64,000 bases of DNA from Octopus vulgaris (GCA_951406725.2 OX597820.1:37944001-38008000), one strand, 5' to 3'. Positions 39,784 through 54,222 are shown, numbered from the stretch's first letter. Notes: generated by a model from the letters alone, not told the origin. Numbers and translations are program-made.

Positions 39784-40429
39784 TATATTAATTATTTTAA
39801 ACTTTCCTGCAAAGAATTCGCTTCTTTATGTATTTATGTATGCTTATGTGTGTATGTATGCATATCGGATATGTATTCTGCAGCAGGGTGTCTTTTTGCT
39901 TAGCTCCAAGTTAGCTGTCATCAAGCTGATTTAGAAGTAAAGATATAACTATGACCGCACCATGTTTTAAGGAGTAATGTAAAATTTCATCATCTAATAT
40001 ACCTCCTCTGTTTTAAGATATTATGCGTAATATAAAGGAGGCGTAGTTACTTGGTTACAACCTGTAACAGATGAGGCTCTCCAATTGTCTTACGCTATGC
40101 AATTTAGGTTCATCAAGTAAAATGTCATATGTTACCACTTCATTTGTGGTTTCATTTGACAGCCTATCTGCTTATCCGCGTCAGGAGGTCTTATTTGTAG
40201 AGCAGGAAGGAAAAAGAGGCTTCACTGGCAGGTGTTAGCTTTCTTCGAACATTTCAAGTAGTGTCATTGATGCTCCTTTAAGGACATGTTTCGTTTGGCT
40301 GATTGCATTCAGTTTCATGTATTTATCAAGGGTTTACCGACATTTCCACACAACACAGTTTAGCTCGGACATACCTATATACGTATGGATATATGTGTTT
40401 ATGAGGGTGTATGTATGTATGTATCTATC

Positions 40430-40510
<81 letters not shown>

Positions 40511-40979
40511 GTATGCATATATATGATACACACATACATATATTTATACATTCACCCCGACTCAATATAAATACTGAATGTAGAAGATGTATCCCTCTTC
40601 ATTAATCCAAGGCAAGCCTCATATCGCAGAGACCTTGCACATACAGAGAAAATATCACGTTCGGCACTAAATGAAACTTGATCCCAGAATTGACCACAGC
40701 CTACGGACACAAGGAGTAATTATCTTCATCTGTGAATACCTAACAACAAATGTTCTGCTCTCACACTTCTATACAATGTGTGATACAGTAATAATGAATG
40801 TTATCGATTTCAATTTGATGATGAGTATTACCTATCATCCTCCTGATGCGATTAATTCGGTAATTATTTCAGGGAAGCTTTGTCATATTTAAGTCGAATC
40901 CTAAATGGTAATTAACCCATAGGCCAATGTACTTTTAAAAGGAGATTATATTTTCTTAAGTATAGCCGGTCTGCTGGCT

Positions 40980-42345
40980 ATATCTAACCATAAACAACGC
41001 TACTGAACAAGAGATATGTAGAAGTTCTCCTCGGCACCACAAAAACACTCCTCATGCAACAAATAATTACCTGCCCAACCAGAGGAAACACCATAGATGA
41101 CCTAATCTTTACTGACAATACAAACTTTACTTACAATATTCAGGTCATTCTAACACTATTTCTGACCACAACATGATAGAACTAATCTGTATGTGGTTCC
41201 AAGACGGCAATACGCAGACACAAAAATAATATCAAATATGGCTCGCTCATTAGGGACTTAAATCTAAGGAACACTAACTGGAAAACAATTGAAACTGAAA
41301 TCCTTACAAGAAATTGACCTTAGTGTATTGGTAATATCAATGTTAATGAAATTAATGAAAGAACGAATATTCTGTGCGCAGAGATTATCTTCTTTAAACA
41401 TGCCTATTTCCACAAGGAATTCAATTCCACAAGACAGACGTAACAGAACTAAACAAATGAAATATCTAAAAAAAATAAAAAATAAAAAATAAAAAACTCA
41501 TCAAACTCTCAACTGACAAGATTGAGGAAGAGAATAACAAAATGAAGGGCATTGAACTGGATGTTAAAAAAATCTTATGAAGACCATTGAACTGGATCTT
41601 AAAAAGAAATCTTGTGAACAAAGAAAGTTTTCTAAAGGAACACCAAGTAGTGGAAAATATATAGTTTAACACTAAGGTATTCCACATTGCCAGACAAGCA
41701 CCAGGAATTCACAATCAAATTAGCCCTCCAATGGAAACAAAAGGATAATTATACCAACAATCCATCACAAATATGCGAACTCTTAAGACAACAATATAAC
41801 AGCAAGTCCCCACATCCCAAACTTAATAAAATAGTGAATAGTCCAAGCAAATTCTTCAAACTTCAGAATTCAATTGCAGAGGCACATCTAGGAATTGATG
41901 ATATTATGAAAGAGGATGTAATTACTGCTATTAACGGTCTGTATTCAAACTTAGCACTAGGATTAGTTGCGCTTTTCTTAAGAAACTTGTAAATGCTGCC
42001 TAACCAAATCATTAAAGATGCTATTCGAAAATTCATTAGGGTACGGGATATTCTCTGAATTGCTACAAGAAAAAAAATGACCACCAAAAACGACCTATAC
42101 ACAAACATGGTGGCAGCGTTGAAACTGAAAATTAAAGACCAATTTTGCTCACATCTCACACAGCTAAAATTGTAGAACGGATTTTTCGAAAAAGAATAAT
42201 CGAATATTTGGAGAAAAACAAACCGCTTAGATACGCAGCATGTTGTCGAACCTGACGGAGTCACCTGACACAACAACTGCAGTACTGTAATATACCGAAA
42301 GGAATGGACACTGATTGCATATGCCTTGATTTTGCTAATACCGGA
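40980..42345 (+). mobile_element. Old CR1/L2-group LINE remnant (APE endonuclease end to RT start)
   Basis: Fragments QQIITCPTRGNTIDDLIFTD, SDHNMIEL, LLTSHTAKIVERIF...IIEYLEKN and DCICLDFA, with many stops. Confidence 0.65.
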
Positions 42346-42954
42346 CCAGCGGATTATACAAGGTTACAATCATGGAACATCGGCCGTCTCCAGCTCAATT
42401 ATATACCAACTTCCAATCATAAAACTTCAACGAAACTAAAAAAGAGAAAAGGTAATCTAAAATAAAAAATTAAATAAAAGAAAAATAAGGCGGCATTCCA
42501 GAATGGCCATAGTCCATTGATTGAAATCACTAAAAGAATAAGCGAATACAGAAACGCGCATACATACCCACATATATACACCATATATACATACATGCAC
42601 ATATACGTATGCATGTACATATGTATGTATACAAATTTCGTTAAACGAAAGAGAATAAATTTAATGCCTTTTCTTTGGGTCCTTAACGACCTTTAAAGAA
42701 GGTTTTGTGATTTAAATTGTTCAGAACTCTCCCTTATTCTATGTTTAAATATTTGAAAATCCTATAGTGGTATTGTTTTCTTTCTAGGTTACATACTATA
42801 GTCTAAAATCTTTCTAGAATCTCTTATGAAGTTAAAACTAAAAAGTAAGAAAATAACACTATAGAGTGGATGTTAGCAAAGAGAATGGTGAAAACATTTT
42901 GAATGGATTTTATTATTGTAAAGATAAAAGAAGTTGGAAAAAAGTCTTTGTTGC

Positions 42955-43358
42955 AAAGGTGCAGTCGTGGTTGTGTAGTAAGAAGCTTATTTCCCTACCA
43001 CATCGTTTCGGGTTCAGTCCCACTGCGTGACATTTTGAGCAAGTTTCTTCTGTTATAGCCTCGGGCCGACCAAAGCCTTGTGAGTGGATTTGATTAACAA
43101 AAACTGAAAGAAGTCTGTCGTATGTGTGTGCTGTATGCATGTGTGTGTCTTTGAGTATGTGTTTGTCCGCACCATCACCGCTTGACAACCGGTGTTAGTG
43201 AGTTTACGCCCCCGTAACTTAGCGGTTCGGTAAAAACGACCGATAGAATAAGTACTAGGCTTCAAAAATAAGTCTTGGGGTCGATTTGTTGAACTAAAAA
43301 AAACTTCAAGGTGGTGCTCCAGCATGGCCGCAGTCAAATATCTGAAACAAGTGAAAAA
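42955..43358 (+). mobile_element. SINE family A, full length
   Basis: Collinear with 38873-39257 and 49691-50085. Confidence 0.88.
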
Positions 43359-43419
43359 ATGTACTCAAGATAAATTGAAAGATCGCATTATATAAATATT
43401 TTTGGTTGTGGAAGAAGGG

Positions 43420-43710
43420 ATAGTGCTCCTTGCTTTTGTAGGTCCTCTGAGATCTGCGTGATTGATGGTAGTAATGTCCCATTTAAACTGTCGTAAGCCG
43501 ACATTTCATGGAAAGATAGTTACAGGGAAGCGATTCCAGAGAGGCGATGTACATGGAGAAAGGACTGGAAAGAGTGGTTAGTGCAATTTTACGGTTTGGT
43601 GCAACAATGGGTTGGATGCAAACAGGGTGATAAAAGAAGGAGATATGTACCCGCGCGGAAGACGTACAAGATTAGCCAACTTCGTCGAAAAGGCGTCACT
43701 AGAAAAGGGG

Positions 43711-43787
<77 letters not shown>

Positions 43788-43990
43788 AGGTAGCGCTAGC
43801 GCACGTCCGTGAGACACTGGCGGGAGTGATATAAAGCTAATCAGTCAATTGGTCTTTCTCTGTTCTTTGGATTCGTTTATGTGTGCATAAGAGCAGCACC
43901 GTTCCAGATGTAAAACGTAGTGCTTCACTAGAGCTGTCAGCAATTGTTAGGCCATGAAATATTTTCCTGAACTTGAAAACAAGAGTAAAT
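43420..43990 (-). mobile_element. Decayed LINE 3' coding remnant (L2/Crack-like), interrupted by (TA)n(GA)n
   Basis: Minus-strand fragments HIWNGAA and SF...IASLWNRFP..IFP resemble the post-RT region of L2/CR1-group elements. Confidence 0.45.
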
Positions 43991-46900
43991 TCCTGGGGGA
44001 CACTCTTAAAGTAGAATATTTCCTAAAATGTTGCTAATATTTCTTTAGTACTTGTAAGCCAGACATAATGCTTAGCGGCATTTCGTCCATCTTTACGTTC
44101 TGAGTTCAAAACCCACCGAGGTTGATTTTAATTTTCATTCTTTAGGGGGTCGATAAAATAAATATAGGTTGATCACTGGGGTCGATATAATTTACTTGTC
44201 CCAACAACCCAGAAATTGCTGGCCTTTTGCCAAAATTGTAAACCAATATTTCTTTAGTGGTTGACTTATAAATTTTTAAGCTTTTAACGCATGTTACCCA
44301 CTGTAAGTTGAATACTTTTAAAAAACTCATTGAGAAAAACCGTTTTCCTCGAGTGCTATACCTTTTAAATGTAGTATTTAGAACGAATATGTCTTTGTTT
44401 TAAGGATTTGAGTATTGGCAGGTGTATCTGTACACTTTATGTTGCAATTAATCAACTTATCATCTCTATATCTGTTAATTTTTCTAGAATGTTATATACT
44501 GTCCTCTGGCTTATTCTATCTGTTTCGCAGCGTAGAAAATCTATAATATACTTCAAATTACTCTTCCAGTTGTCTATTGAGTGTCGATATATTCTGTCGT
44601 TTATAATGATACATTGTTTATTTAATCCCATGCAGTCTACTATTGAGAGTAATGAAGCATATAGAAATGTTTCACTTGGTAATAAAATTGGATATTCTAA
44701 TGATGTAATTTATCATCTCAGTGTTTATATTGTTGACAGTGTCCCCTAATCTATGCTGATCATCAAGAAAAGGTTTCCTAAACGTAACCTACAATCTATG
44801 ACAGTCGCTTCAATCGTTTACAGCTATTTTAGCGAGTTGTTGATATATGTATCATCAATTTCTCAGGACGGTCTAACAACCATGGATTGACAGGATCGTT
44901 AGAATGTCGGATAAAATAGCTTGCAGTATTTATGCCGGCTTTTAAAGTTCTGAGTTCAAACCACGCTGACGTCAAATTTGCCTACGCTCAACCATTGTCG
45001 ATAAAACGATAAAAAAAACGTCTTGTAGGTTTTGGTTTGCAAAGATTTAAGGAGGCTTTTGGGTTCCAAACGTTTCACTGTATTTTTGTTTATTAGGAGC
45101 AATCTCCTGTTCTTGAATTGCAAACGCATAGCCTTCAAAGATTTATATGATGTGGCAGTCACGAGTACAAGAGAGTTTATGTCGATATTATTGTCCTTTT
45201 CAAGTCAGTTATGATGGCTTTGAACACCATGGGCACAGCTTTTTCCTCTAGACCCAGTAAATGAAAATAAAATATAATTGGGATATTATCAAGATGCCGA
45301 AGAAAATACAAAATAAATCAAAGGAAAATTATAAAATGAAAGTTTGATTTAACTTGATATTGAACATTAGAAACAATATCTGAAATAAAGGAGAAACAGA
45401 TCCACCGACAAGACAAACCAACCACGTTTCTCTCACTTACCTGGTGATCGTGTCACCGATTACATTACAGTACTAGCTCTAAGTAACCGATGAATTATCT
45501 TATGAAGATAAAATTGTTCAGTTAAAAGAGCAGAAACAATTTATACTTAATTGAATAAACTTGAATGCCGACTGTTTTGTAGTGTAATTGGTAACGCAAT
45601 CACTCAGCAATCGATAAATATATGCTCCGTGTGTTGTTGATGGTTTTGGGCATTTTTTCTGCTTAAAGTGGTTTTTATCATGTGTAAATATAATTTAGAT
45701 TAAAATCTTAGCTCTCAATTTATATGAATTTAATTTATTTGAAATATGCTATGTTCACTACGAACAAGAAACAATATAAAAAATTACGAAACAATAAGGA
45801 TGTAATATACCTTACGTGAGGGAAAGAACCATTGGGTTTTAGTTAAGAGGATTAACACAAAGAAAGGAAGTAAACTAGTTAGTCTTGCAAAAATATTTGT
45901 TTGATCATGTTATTTGACAATAGAAAAATATTGTCCTAATCTTAATATATAAAAGGGAATGTATATATGTTCGAAGTTGTGGGCCAGTTTTGCTCTGAGG
46001 TCGCTGAAATTTTGCATAGAGGCATATCTTTTTAAGGAAAAAGGTTTAGGTTATGTGCCTTTTCGTGATACTTTCTATAAATATATCCAAGGCCTGGAAC
46101 TTTCACTAATATATTACATTGGGGTTTCTCCTGACAGCAAGGATCTATATTTGGGAAGTCCCTCATCTTCCGCCTATAGTAGAGTTCATTATCAAAAGGG
46201 TGGTTGGCTAGGTTGAAGAATCCTTAGACGACCAGGCAAAATACGTGTTCTGACCCTACATTCTGAGTTCAAATCTTGCCGAGACGTAGTAGTCCAAATC
46301 TGGAGTCGATGACATCGACTGACATCCCAGATTTCAAGCCTCGTGTTTATGTTTGAAATCATTTCTGAGGTTATTGGTATCGATTAATCCCCAAATCTAA
46401 AAACTACTGGTCTTGTACATATTTCATAAACCACTAGTTAAGGCGACCAGCTATCAGAACATATAGAACATCGGAAAAGCTGTTTTACAGAATTTGTTCC
46501 AGTTTTTATGTTGAAACCTGGACAATATTTCACTTTTTCCTGGAAACAAGTCTCCCCTCTCTGTACCACCTATGTTGTTAAACAGAAAGACACATGTCGA
46601 TAGAAATTGGTTACAGTGTGGCTCCGGGTGTTGTTAGAACTGAAAGAACGGAACCATATGTTAGAATGTATCATCTCCATCGCTCTAATAACTTTGCTAA
46701 GCCATAGATCTGGACTTGTACTTAATGATGAACAAAACGATGAAAGGCAAATTGACTTTAGTAGGTTTGAACTCAGAAAGCAGAATACTGGGACAAATCT
46801 CACAAAGTTGTCTATCCGACAATTTAACGTCTCTGATAATTTCACGTCTTTCTTAATATTGCTTGAAATTCTAGCACAAGTCTAACAGTTTTGGTTTTGA

Positions 46901-48009
46901 AGAGGAGGGCCAGGTTAGTCAATACCATCGACGCAATTAGAAGGTTTATGTTCCTATAACCTGTGTTAATTCTGTAACCCTTTAAAATGGAAGGTAAGAA
47001 AGTTCATTTTCGTAAAGGCAGTTGGTTAAGTTGTATAATCCTTAGACAACCAGGCAAAATACTTCTTCTGACCCTACATTCTGAGTTCAAATCTTGCCGA
47101 GATTGTATTATATTTCATCTACCTTGGCTGAATGAAATTAACGTTGACTGCGATGGGATTTGAACTCAGAAAGTAAAGAGCCGCAAGACATTTTGTCCAA
47201 CATTTTATCGATTCCTAATTTAGCAAAGTATTGAATTTTAACTAATTTTTGTTTTATTAAAATTAAACTTTCTCTAAGATATGAATATAAAATTTCTTAG
47301 TTAACCTCAAGTTTAAAAGATCTCGCTTGATTTTTAACTTTTATTGTTTCAGGCAAAACAATATGGTACATTAATAGTAAATTAGCAAACCTAGCCATGC
47401 AAAACAGAGGCCTGAAAATGACGTGTACACTGTCCATTATTTCCTAGTTCAATATATCTAGTCATTAAAAAATTCAGTTGTGGTTGTTTTTGTCACGTTT
47501 ACTTTCAACAATGATTGATTTATAGCTTGCGTGTCGGCTGTAGACTTTCGGAAACTACTAAAAATTGTGTTGGAGATATTTTTTATTAATGATCATTAAA
47601 GTAAAACAACAATAATATCGACAGCAGACACTTTGATATATATTAAATATAGTGAATTGGCAATATCGTTAGAATGACAGATAAAATGTTCTGCAGCCAC
47701 TCGTTCCGGTTTTTACCTTCATAGTTCCAATCCTACCCAGTCTAACACTGCCTTTTATGTTTCTGGGATCGATAAAATAAAGTACCTGCCGATCACTGAG
47801 CCAATTCAATCGATTATTCGTTGTGTTTCACGGATTTCTTGAAGCATGACACTACAAATATCAATTTTTAGCGAATCTTTGTGTTACTTCAGCATTAAGG
47901 GTGAATGAAAGTGTTAACCCCAGTGACTATGGTATTCCTGTGAGGTGCAAAATTCCTGAGATTATTAATTTTGAAAGATATAATAATAAAAAAAATACAA
48001 ATTTTGTAA

Positions 48010-48110
48010 TTAACAGGACTGAGTCGGAGTGGCTGTTCCAGTGCATCTCCCTCGCCATCCTCCAGGAAAACAATCCTTTTCTATTTTATCTGCTGGAGCC
48101 ATGAGAAAGG
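48010..48110 (+). mobile_element. Possible 3' tip of a CRE-clade non-LTR element
   Basis: TESEWLFQCISLAILQ resembles the CRE C-terminal motif L.QRIS.AIQRGN; the match is short. Confidence 0.4.
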
Positions 48111-48928
48111 TTTCTATATTGTGTGAGGCAAGATTTTTTCAAAATTAGTTCAAAAGAAAACAAAATTATTTAAAGAAAAAAAGAAAAAAACGTCAACCTC
48201 TTGTACAGCGACAACTGTGGTATGTTTATCGTCGGTGTCAGACGCAACACTCGACAGAAGAAGAAGCCCTTCCTTTACTAGCACGTACTGTCAGATACTG
48301 AGAAAGCAACGGGTTATATAAAACAACAAAATCGGTCACGTGTAAATTGAATTGATATGGAAACACGTATACACACATAGGTAGTTAGAAAGAGGATTTC
48401 ATTCAAGTATCGGCAGTAAAAATAATTACAAAAAAAAATGTCTTTTAATGTTTTCATTAATGTAGCATTAAATATTTTTTAAAGATTACATTATTTAATA
48501 CGAATATATAGATACCAAATGAAACGCATTAATGTAATCTACTTTTAAAAAGTTGTAAATCAATATAAATATTATAGCATCTTCAAACTTTATGTCTGCG
48601 TGACGAGATCATGGCTCGAGCTATTGGTGTACTGAAGTATAAAAAATATAAACATCTGGATTATACTATCTATAAAGTTAAATAGACGTATCCATTTAAA
48701 GGCCATATTTAGCAATGGACAGAATAAGCTCGGTGTGCAATGCACGTTTCGGTGAGTCTGTTACATTTCAAATTTCCAAGGAAATCGAAGTTCTCATCCC
48801 TAACCTTACGTGATACACACAGACCCGGGTTTCTGAATAATAACCCGTCATCAATGATCAATGTGTGACAATCACCAGCTATCAAAGAGAACTCATTCCA
48901 AACGCAAAATACTACAAAGAGAGGGAGA

Positions 48929-48994
<66 letters not shown>

Positions 48995-49119
48995 AGAGAG
49001 CATTACCACACATAAATGCCACACGCTAGGAGGGACTCTTAAAGTCAAAACTACTAAAATAAATAAACACATCGTACCGAATGTAACTCTAGAAGCAAGT
49101 CATTTAAAAGCAGAATTTA

Positions 49120-49182
49120 GCTGCAGATCACTGTGATTTCATAATCAGTGCAGTGGTGCACTCTTTACTCATCAGTGCAAGC
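49120..49182 (-). ncRNA. Type I hammerhead ribozyme, intact core
   Basis: gcttgca-CTGATGA-GTAAagAGTGCAccacTGCACTgaTTAT-GAAA-TCACAGTGA-TC-tgcagc. It has a bulged extended helix II, a near-palindromic helix III and an AUC site, and lies ~130 bp from the (TA)n at 48933-48988. Confidence 0.82.
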
Positions 49183-49690
49183 ATAATTCAAGATTTATAA
49201 TGAATGAACAAAAATAACATACCAGGCGAACAACCATCGTATCCAACGTAGTATATAGAAAATGTCTCCCCTTATACATCTATGTAAATGATGGGCTTTT
49301 TCGAATTACATTTCGGTAACAACGTGCTTATTCGGAATAAAAATTTAACACTGAATATACTCTGGTTAAATTTACAATTTAAAAATAAGATAGACTGTAA
49401 AACGTTGCATTCCTGAGTAAATAAATATAATACCATTATTTTTTGTTATTGTTTGTACCTATACACAGATACAGGCACTATCAACATATTTGTGGATATC
49501 AGTCAACCTGTTACTTTCTCTCTTTTTCTGTGTATGTATATAAACAAACGTCTTCGTTACGGGGACACCGCTCTAAATCCGCGAAAACCGGTTTTTAACC
49601 GGTTTTGAGAATTACTTTTACTTAAACTCTGTTTGGGAATTATCGGCTTTTTGCGAGCCCTAGTACTTATTATGCCAGGGACTTAAACAT

Positions 49691-50085
49691 CAGGAGTGGC
49701 TGTGAGGTAAGTAGCTTGCTTACCAACCACATAGTTTCGGGTTCGGGCTCACTGCGTGGCACCTTGTGCAAATGCCTTCTACTATAGTCTCAGTCTGGCC
49801 AAAGCCTTGTGAGTGGATTTGGTAGGCGGAAACTGAAAGAAGCCCGTCATATATATGTATTTATAAATGTGTGTGTGTGTGTTCCCACCAACATCACTTG
49901 ACATCCGATGATGGTGTGTTTACGTCCCCGTAAGTTAGCGGTTCGGCAAAAAGAGACCGATAAAATAATTACTAGGCTTACAAAGAATATATCCTGGGGT
50001 CGATTTGCTCGACGAAAAGGTGGTGCGACAGCATAGCCGCAGTCAAATGACTGAAAACAAGTAAAAGAATAAAAGAATAAAAGAA
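49691..50085 (+). mobile_element. SINE family A, full length
   Basis: caggagtggctgtgaggtaagtagcttgcttaccaaccac... ending gcagtcaaatgactgaaaacaagtaaaagaataaaagaa. Confidence 0.88.
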
Positions 50086-50160
50086 TACTAACACCGGTCG
50101 TCAAGCAGGAACAAGCACAGATACAAAGACACGCACATTATATATAGATATATATATATA

Positions 50161-51449
50161 CGAGGGACGTTCAATAAGTAGTGCCTCTGATCCACTTGCA
50201 GTTGTTTGATCTAGCTGAAATTTTGCATGTGCAATCAATTATATCTCTATAGAGTAAGTGGCAAATTACAGCTCTGAATTAATTGTGGTTTCTGATTTAC
50301 AGGTGTTTGAACCGAGTCAAGTGTTAAATGGAGCCTGCTGAGTGTCGAGCAGTGATCCGGTTTTTGTATTTGAAAGGACGCACACCACGGGAGACTTTTG
50401 ATGAAATGAAAGTAACTTATGGTGATGATGCCCCATCATATGACCTTGTAAAACGCTGGCATCGTGAATTCAAACATGGTCGGAACTCTGTGGAAACAGC
50501 TCCCAGATCTGGTCGTCCCTTCTGCCATTGATGAGGCATCTGTCCGTCAAGTTGAGGTTGCCATTTTGGAAGACCGACGCATAATTATTCGCCAAATAGC
50601 CCATGAGGTCAAGATTAGTACCGGGTCTGTGGAAACTATCATTCATGACCATTTGCATATGCAAAAGGTGTCTGCCAGATGGATTCCCAGGTTGCTCACG
50701 CCTTTCCAGAAGCAAGAACGCGTCGAGTGCTCGAGGGTGAATTTGGAGATGTGCCAAGAAGATGAGTCAACATTTTTCAAAAGACTGATTACACAGGATG
50801 AAACCTGTGTCCATCACGATGATCCAGAGACCAAAGCCCAGTCAATGCAGTGGAAGCACCGTGACTCACTCCCTCCAAAGAAGGCAAGGGTGCAGCCCTC
50901 CTCTGGCAAGGTCATGCTCACAGTCTTCTGGGACCAGGACGGAGTAGTGATGACAGATTTCCTGGCAAAGGGTACCACAATTGCAGGAGCCTATTATGCT
51001 TCACTTTTGAGAAAATTAAGAGAAGTTATCAAAATCAAGAGGCGGGGCAAGACCAGCAAAGGCATCCTCCTCCTGCAGGACAACGCCCCGGTCCACAACT
51101 CACTTGTCGCCAGATCAGAAGCACAGGCGTATGGCTATGAACTCCTCCCCATCCCCCCTACTTTCCTGACCTTGCACCCTCTGATTTTCACCTCTTCCCA
51201 ATCATGAAGTTGTTTTTGAAAGGAAAGCGTTTCCCAGATGATGCAGCCTTGATTTCTGAAGTCACGTTGAGGTTGGAGGACCAAGCTGGGTTCTTCTACA
51301 AAAACGGTCTCCAGGGCCGCATCAAACGATGAGAGAAATGCGTAACTCTGGGTGATTCCTATGTAGAAAAAGACTAATAACTGTGCCAAGTTTCGTTGCT
51401 CTGCTGCTATGGGAAGTGGGTTAGGGGCATTACTTATTGAACGCCCCTC

Positions 51450-51450
<1 letters not shown>
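50161..51450 (+). mobile_element. Full-length mariner transposon (irritans-like), 1290 bp, in TA repeats
   Basis: TIRs are cgagggacgttcaataagtagtgcctct and aggggcattacttattgaacgcccctcg, with TA on both sides. Confidence 0.95.
50328..51378 (+). pseudogene. Mariner DD34D transposase, frameshifted
   Basis: MEPAECRAVIRFLYLKG...RSGRP, then a frameshift, then ARWIPRLL, ITQDET and LLQDNAPVH, then a second frameshift, then PDLAPSDFHLFP...YVEKD. There is one late in-frame stop. Confidence 0.92.
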
Positions 51451-51494
<44 letters not shown>

Positions 51495-51497
<3 letters not shown>

Positions 51498-51640
51498 GAC
51501 AGTTTCTTTCAGTTTCCGTCTACCGAATCCACTCACAAGGCTTTGGTTGGCCTGAAGCTATAGTACAAGACACTTGCCCAATCTGAAACCATGTGTTTCG
51601 GAAGGAATCTTCTTACCATACAAACACTCCTGCGCCTATA
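51495..51640 (-). mobile_element. SINE family A, 5' half (its 3' half lies left of the mariner near 50090-50140)
   Basis: ctttcagtttccgtctaccgaatccactcacaaggctttggttggcc is the reverse complement of the family A body. Confidence 0.75.
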
Positions 51641-52206
51641 CACACTGCAGGAATAAGTGTATAGAGAATCTTTAAGATCTTATACATATATATATAAAAT
51701 AAGCTAATCCTATTCATTTGGATGCAAGTAGAACATCCCACAATTAAAATACACCACAAGGAATAATTCTGAATAACTACAAAGAAAGATTAAGTAAATT
51801 AGGTATCGGAAATATTCTATATAACAGAGAAATGCTATTATTGGAAAACCGTTATAGGGTTATTCACTTCCAATTTGAAATATAAAAGTGATCATATGAG
51901 CGATAGGAATGGCGCCAAGGACTACCTAGAAGTTAGACAGATTTAAAATCACAATGAACATCTATGAACCAATTTAAATGAGACAAATCCGTCTATCAGT
52001 CAGTCTTTCTATGTACGTATGTATGTAAGCATGTATGTATGTATGCATCATGTATCTATCTATCTGTCTGCCTTTCTATCTATCCACATACATATACATG
52101 ATCACACAAATATTTATATACATATATACTCATATACTTATGCTCATATACATATTCACATATGCATGTATGCACACATATATACATATATATTTCTTTA
52201 TTTTTT

Positions 52207-52251
<45 letters not shown>

Positions 52252-52453
52252 ACACACACACTATATATATATATATATATAAACGGCGGTGCATCAGCAT
52301 GGCCACAGCTCTGAGCTGAAACTAGTGAGAGAAATAAAAAAAAATATATATGTCTGATGAGTTCATTTCCTGTAAGGAGCGCATAATCTGTTCGGGGCCA
52401 TTTCCTTCAATAGAAAACAGCGTAAAAGAAGACGTACTGCCAGTATCATTCTT

Positions 52454-52588
<135 letters not shown>

Positions 52589-52659
52589 ACGATCAGTGAA
52601 AAGATAAACAGTAGAGTAGTTCATTTTCCATTTTCCGTAAAACATGTGACACATCCAAT

Positions 52660-52660
52660 A

Positions 52661-52726
<66 letters not shown>

Positions 52727-52744
52727 GCTACTACTACTACTACT
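52660..52744. repeat. (CTA)n microsatellite
   Basis: Direct reading. Confidence 0.97.
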
Positions 52745-52745
52745 T

Positions 52746-53610
52746 AAGAAGGTTCGTTGCAGCTACCACTAGCGTCAATAGTCGAAATATATAAACTGGG
52801 GAAGGTACGGATGGTGATGATGTTGAGAGAATCGAAGATCATGGAAATCAAGCGTAACCCACCAGAGGTGAAAACAGCCAGGAATTGGAAAGCAGAAGCA
52901 GAGACTGCTGACATTTTGTCTTCCCTTATACTCAGAGATATGGTAGGTGCAACGCAAAACCATCGGAAAGGACTTGGTTTTGGCCTAGATCAGTCCAGAC
53001 CGTTTGCGAGTATGATGTAGAACGAACACAGATCTGTTGTTAGCAACAGCGTCAAGACGAGAGAAGCAGAGAGAAGAGAGCTTCATTTGATCCGATGTTT
53101 TCAACAAGGACAGATGACGAGATGGGAAGAATATGTTGTTGAGAGGAAAATAAGCTGGGATGAGATATGGAAGTGGACGACATCTCGGCTAAGTTTTCTG
53201 ATTCGTACATCCTATTATGTTTTGCCATCACCTACGAATCTAGTAAGATGGAACGTCTCAGAGAATGGCATATGCAAATGTGGAAAGGTCGGAACAATGA
53301 AACATATTCTTTCCAACTATTCATTAGTATTGAACAGGTATACATGGAGACACACCTTGGTCCTTAAGGTTATCTTCAATGCTATAAAGAACCAAATTCA
53401 TCTCAACAACACTGAGAAAAATAACCGTCGAAAGTACCAACTAGAGATTTCGTTACCTTCGTGCGCTGAGGTCAGCGGATCCGTTTCAAGAAAAAGAACA
53501 AGAAACTTCCGTGAGAGATGAAAAGTGGAACGGCTTTTGGGAGGTGACTGCAGATTTACCTGGGTGCCAGGGATTCTTTCCCATTCCAATTACGAAAATA
53601 ACGGACATTT
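52746..53610 (+). mobile_element. HERO-like (R2 superfamily, restriction-like endonuclease) non-LTR retrotransposon fragment
   Basis: LQLPLASIVEIYKLGK...DMVGATQNHRKGLGFG and QQGQMTRWE..VERKISWDEIW...RLSFLIR...VLPSPTNLVRW...CKCG..GTMKHILSN...YTWRH..VL. Confidence 0.8.
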
Positions 53611-53852
53611 TGATGTCTTATTTTATAGTAAGTTTTCTATCTGCATCAGGCCTCCTTCTGAGTAAACTCCCATCAATAATCCAAGAAACCAAAGCATTAC
53701 ACATTCAACACGCAATATAAACAATAACACAAAAAAAGATGACGTCATACCTCGAGGTCAAAAAAGTAATACAGTACCGGGAAGAGATCGCACACTCCCA
53801 ACAGCAGAAAAAACACCACAATGCTGCACACATCCCGGCAATAAGGAAGTGT

Positions 53853-54086
53853 AGCAGCGAGCTGGCAGAAACGTTAGCACGCCGGGCGAAATGCCAAGAG
53901 GTATTTCGTCTGCTGCTACGTTCTGAGTTCAAATTCCGCCGAGGTCGACTTTGCCTTTCATCCTTTCGGGGTCGATAAATTAAGTACCAGTTACGCACTG
54001 GGGTCGATATAATCGAGTTAATCCGTTTGTCTGTCCCTGTTTGTCCTTTCTGTGTTTAGCCCCTTGTGGGTAGTAAACAAATAGGT
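53853..54086 (+). mobile_element. SINE family B, full length, young
   Basis: A-box-like gagctggcagaaacgttag and B-box gagttcaaattcc, followed by the conserved body gactttgcctttcatcctttcggggtcgataaattaagtaccag. Confidence 0.9.
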
Positions 54087-54129
54087 GATGCAGTATAATT
54101 TTGCCTAAATCTATCATATATTGAACAGT

Positions 54130-54132
<3 letters not shown>

Positions 54133-54220
<88 letters not shown>

Positions 54221-54222
54221 TG
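54133..54222. repeat. (AAT)n microsatellite
   Basis: Direct reading. Confidence 0.97.

Noticed and set aside
48016-48108. Apparent AG...GT-bounded host exon
   Set aside because: There are no partner exons, and the peptide fits a CRE-type retrotransposon tail better.
49527-49663. Possible Helitron end (ggct...agcc-CTAG|T)
   Set aside because: The hairpin is weak and abuts CTAG, and the 5' end is unclear; support is insufficient.
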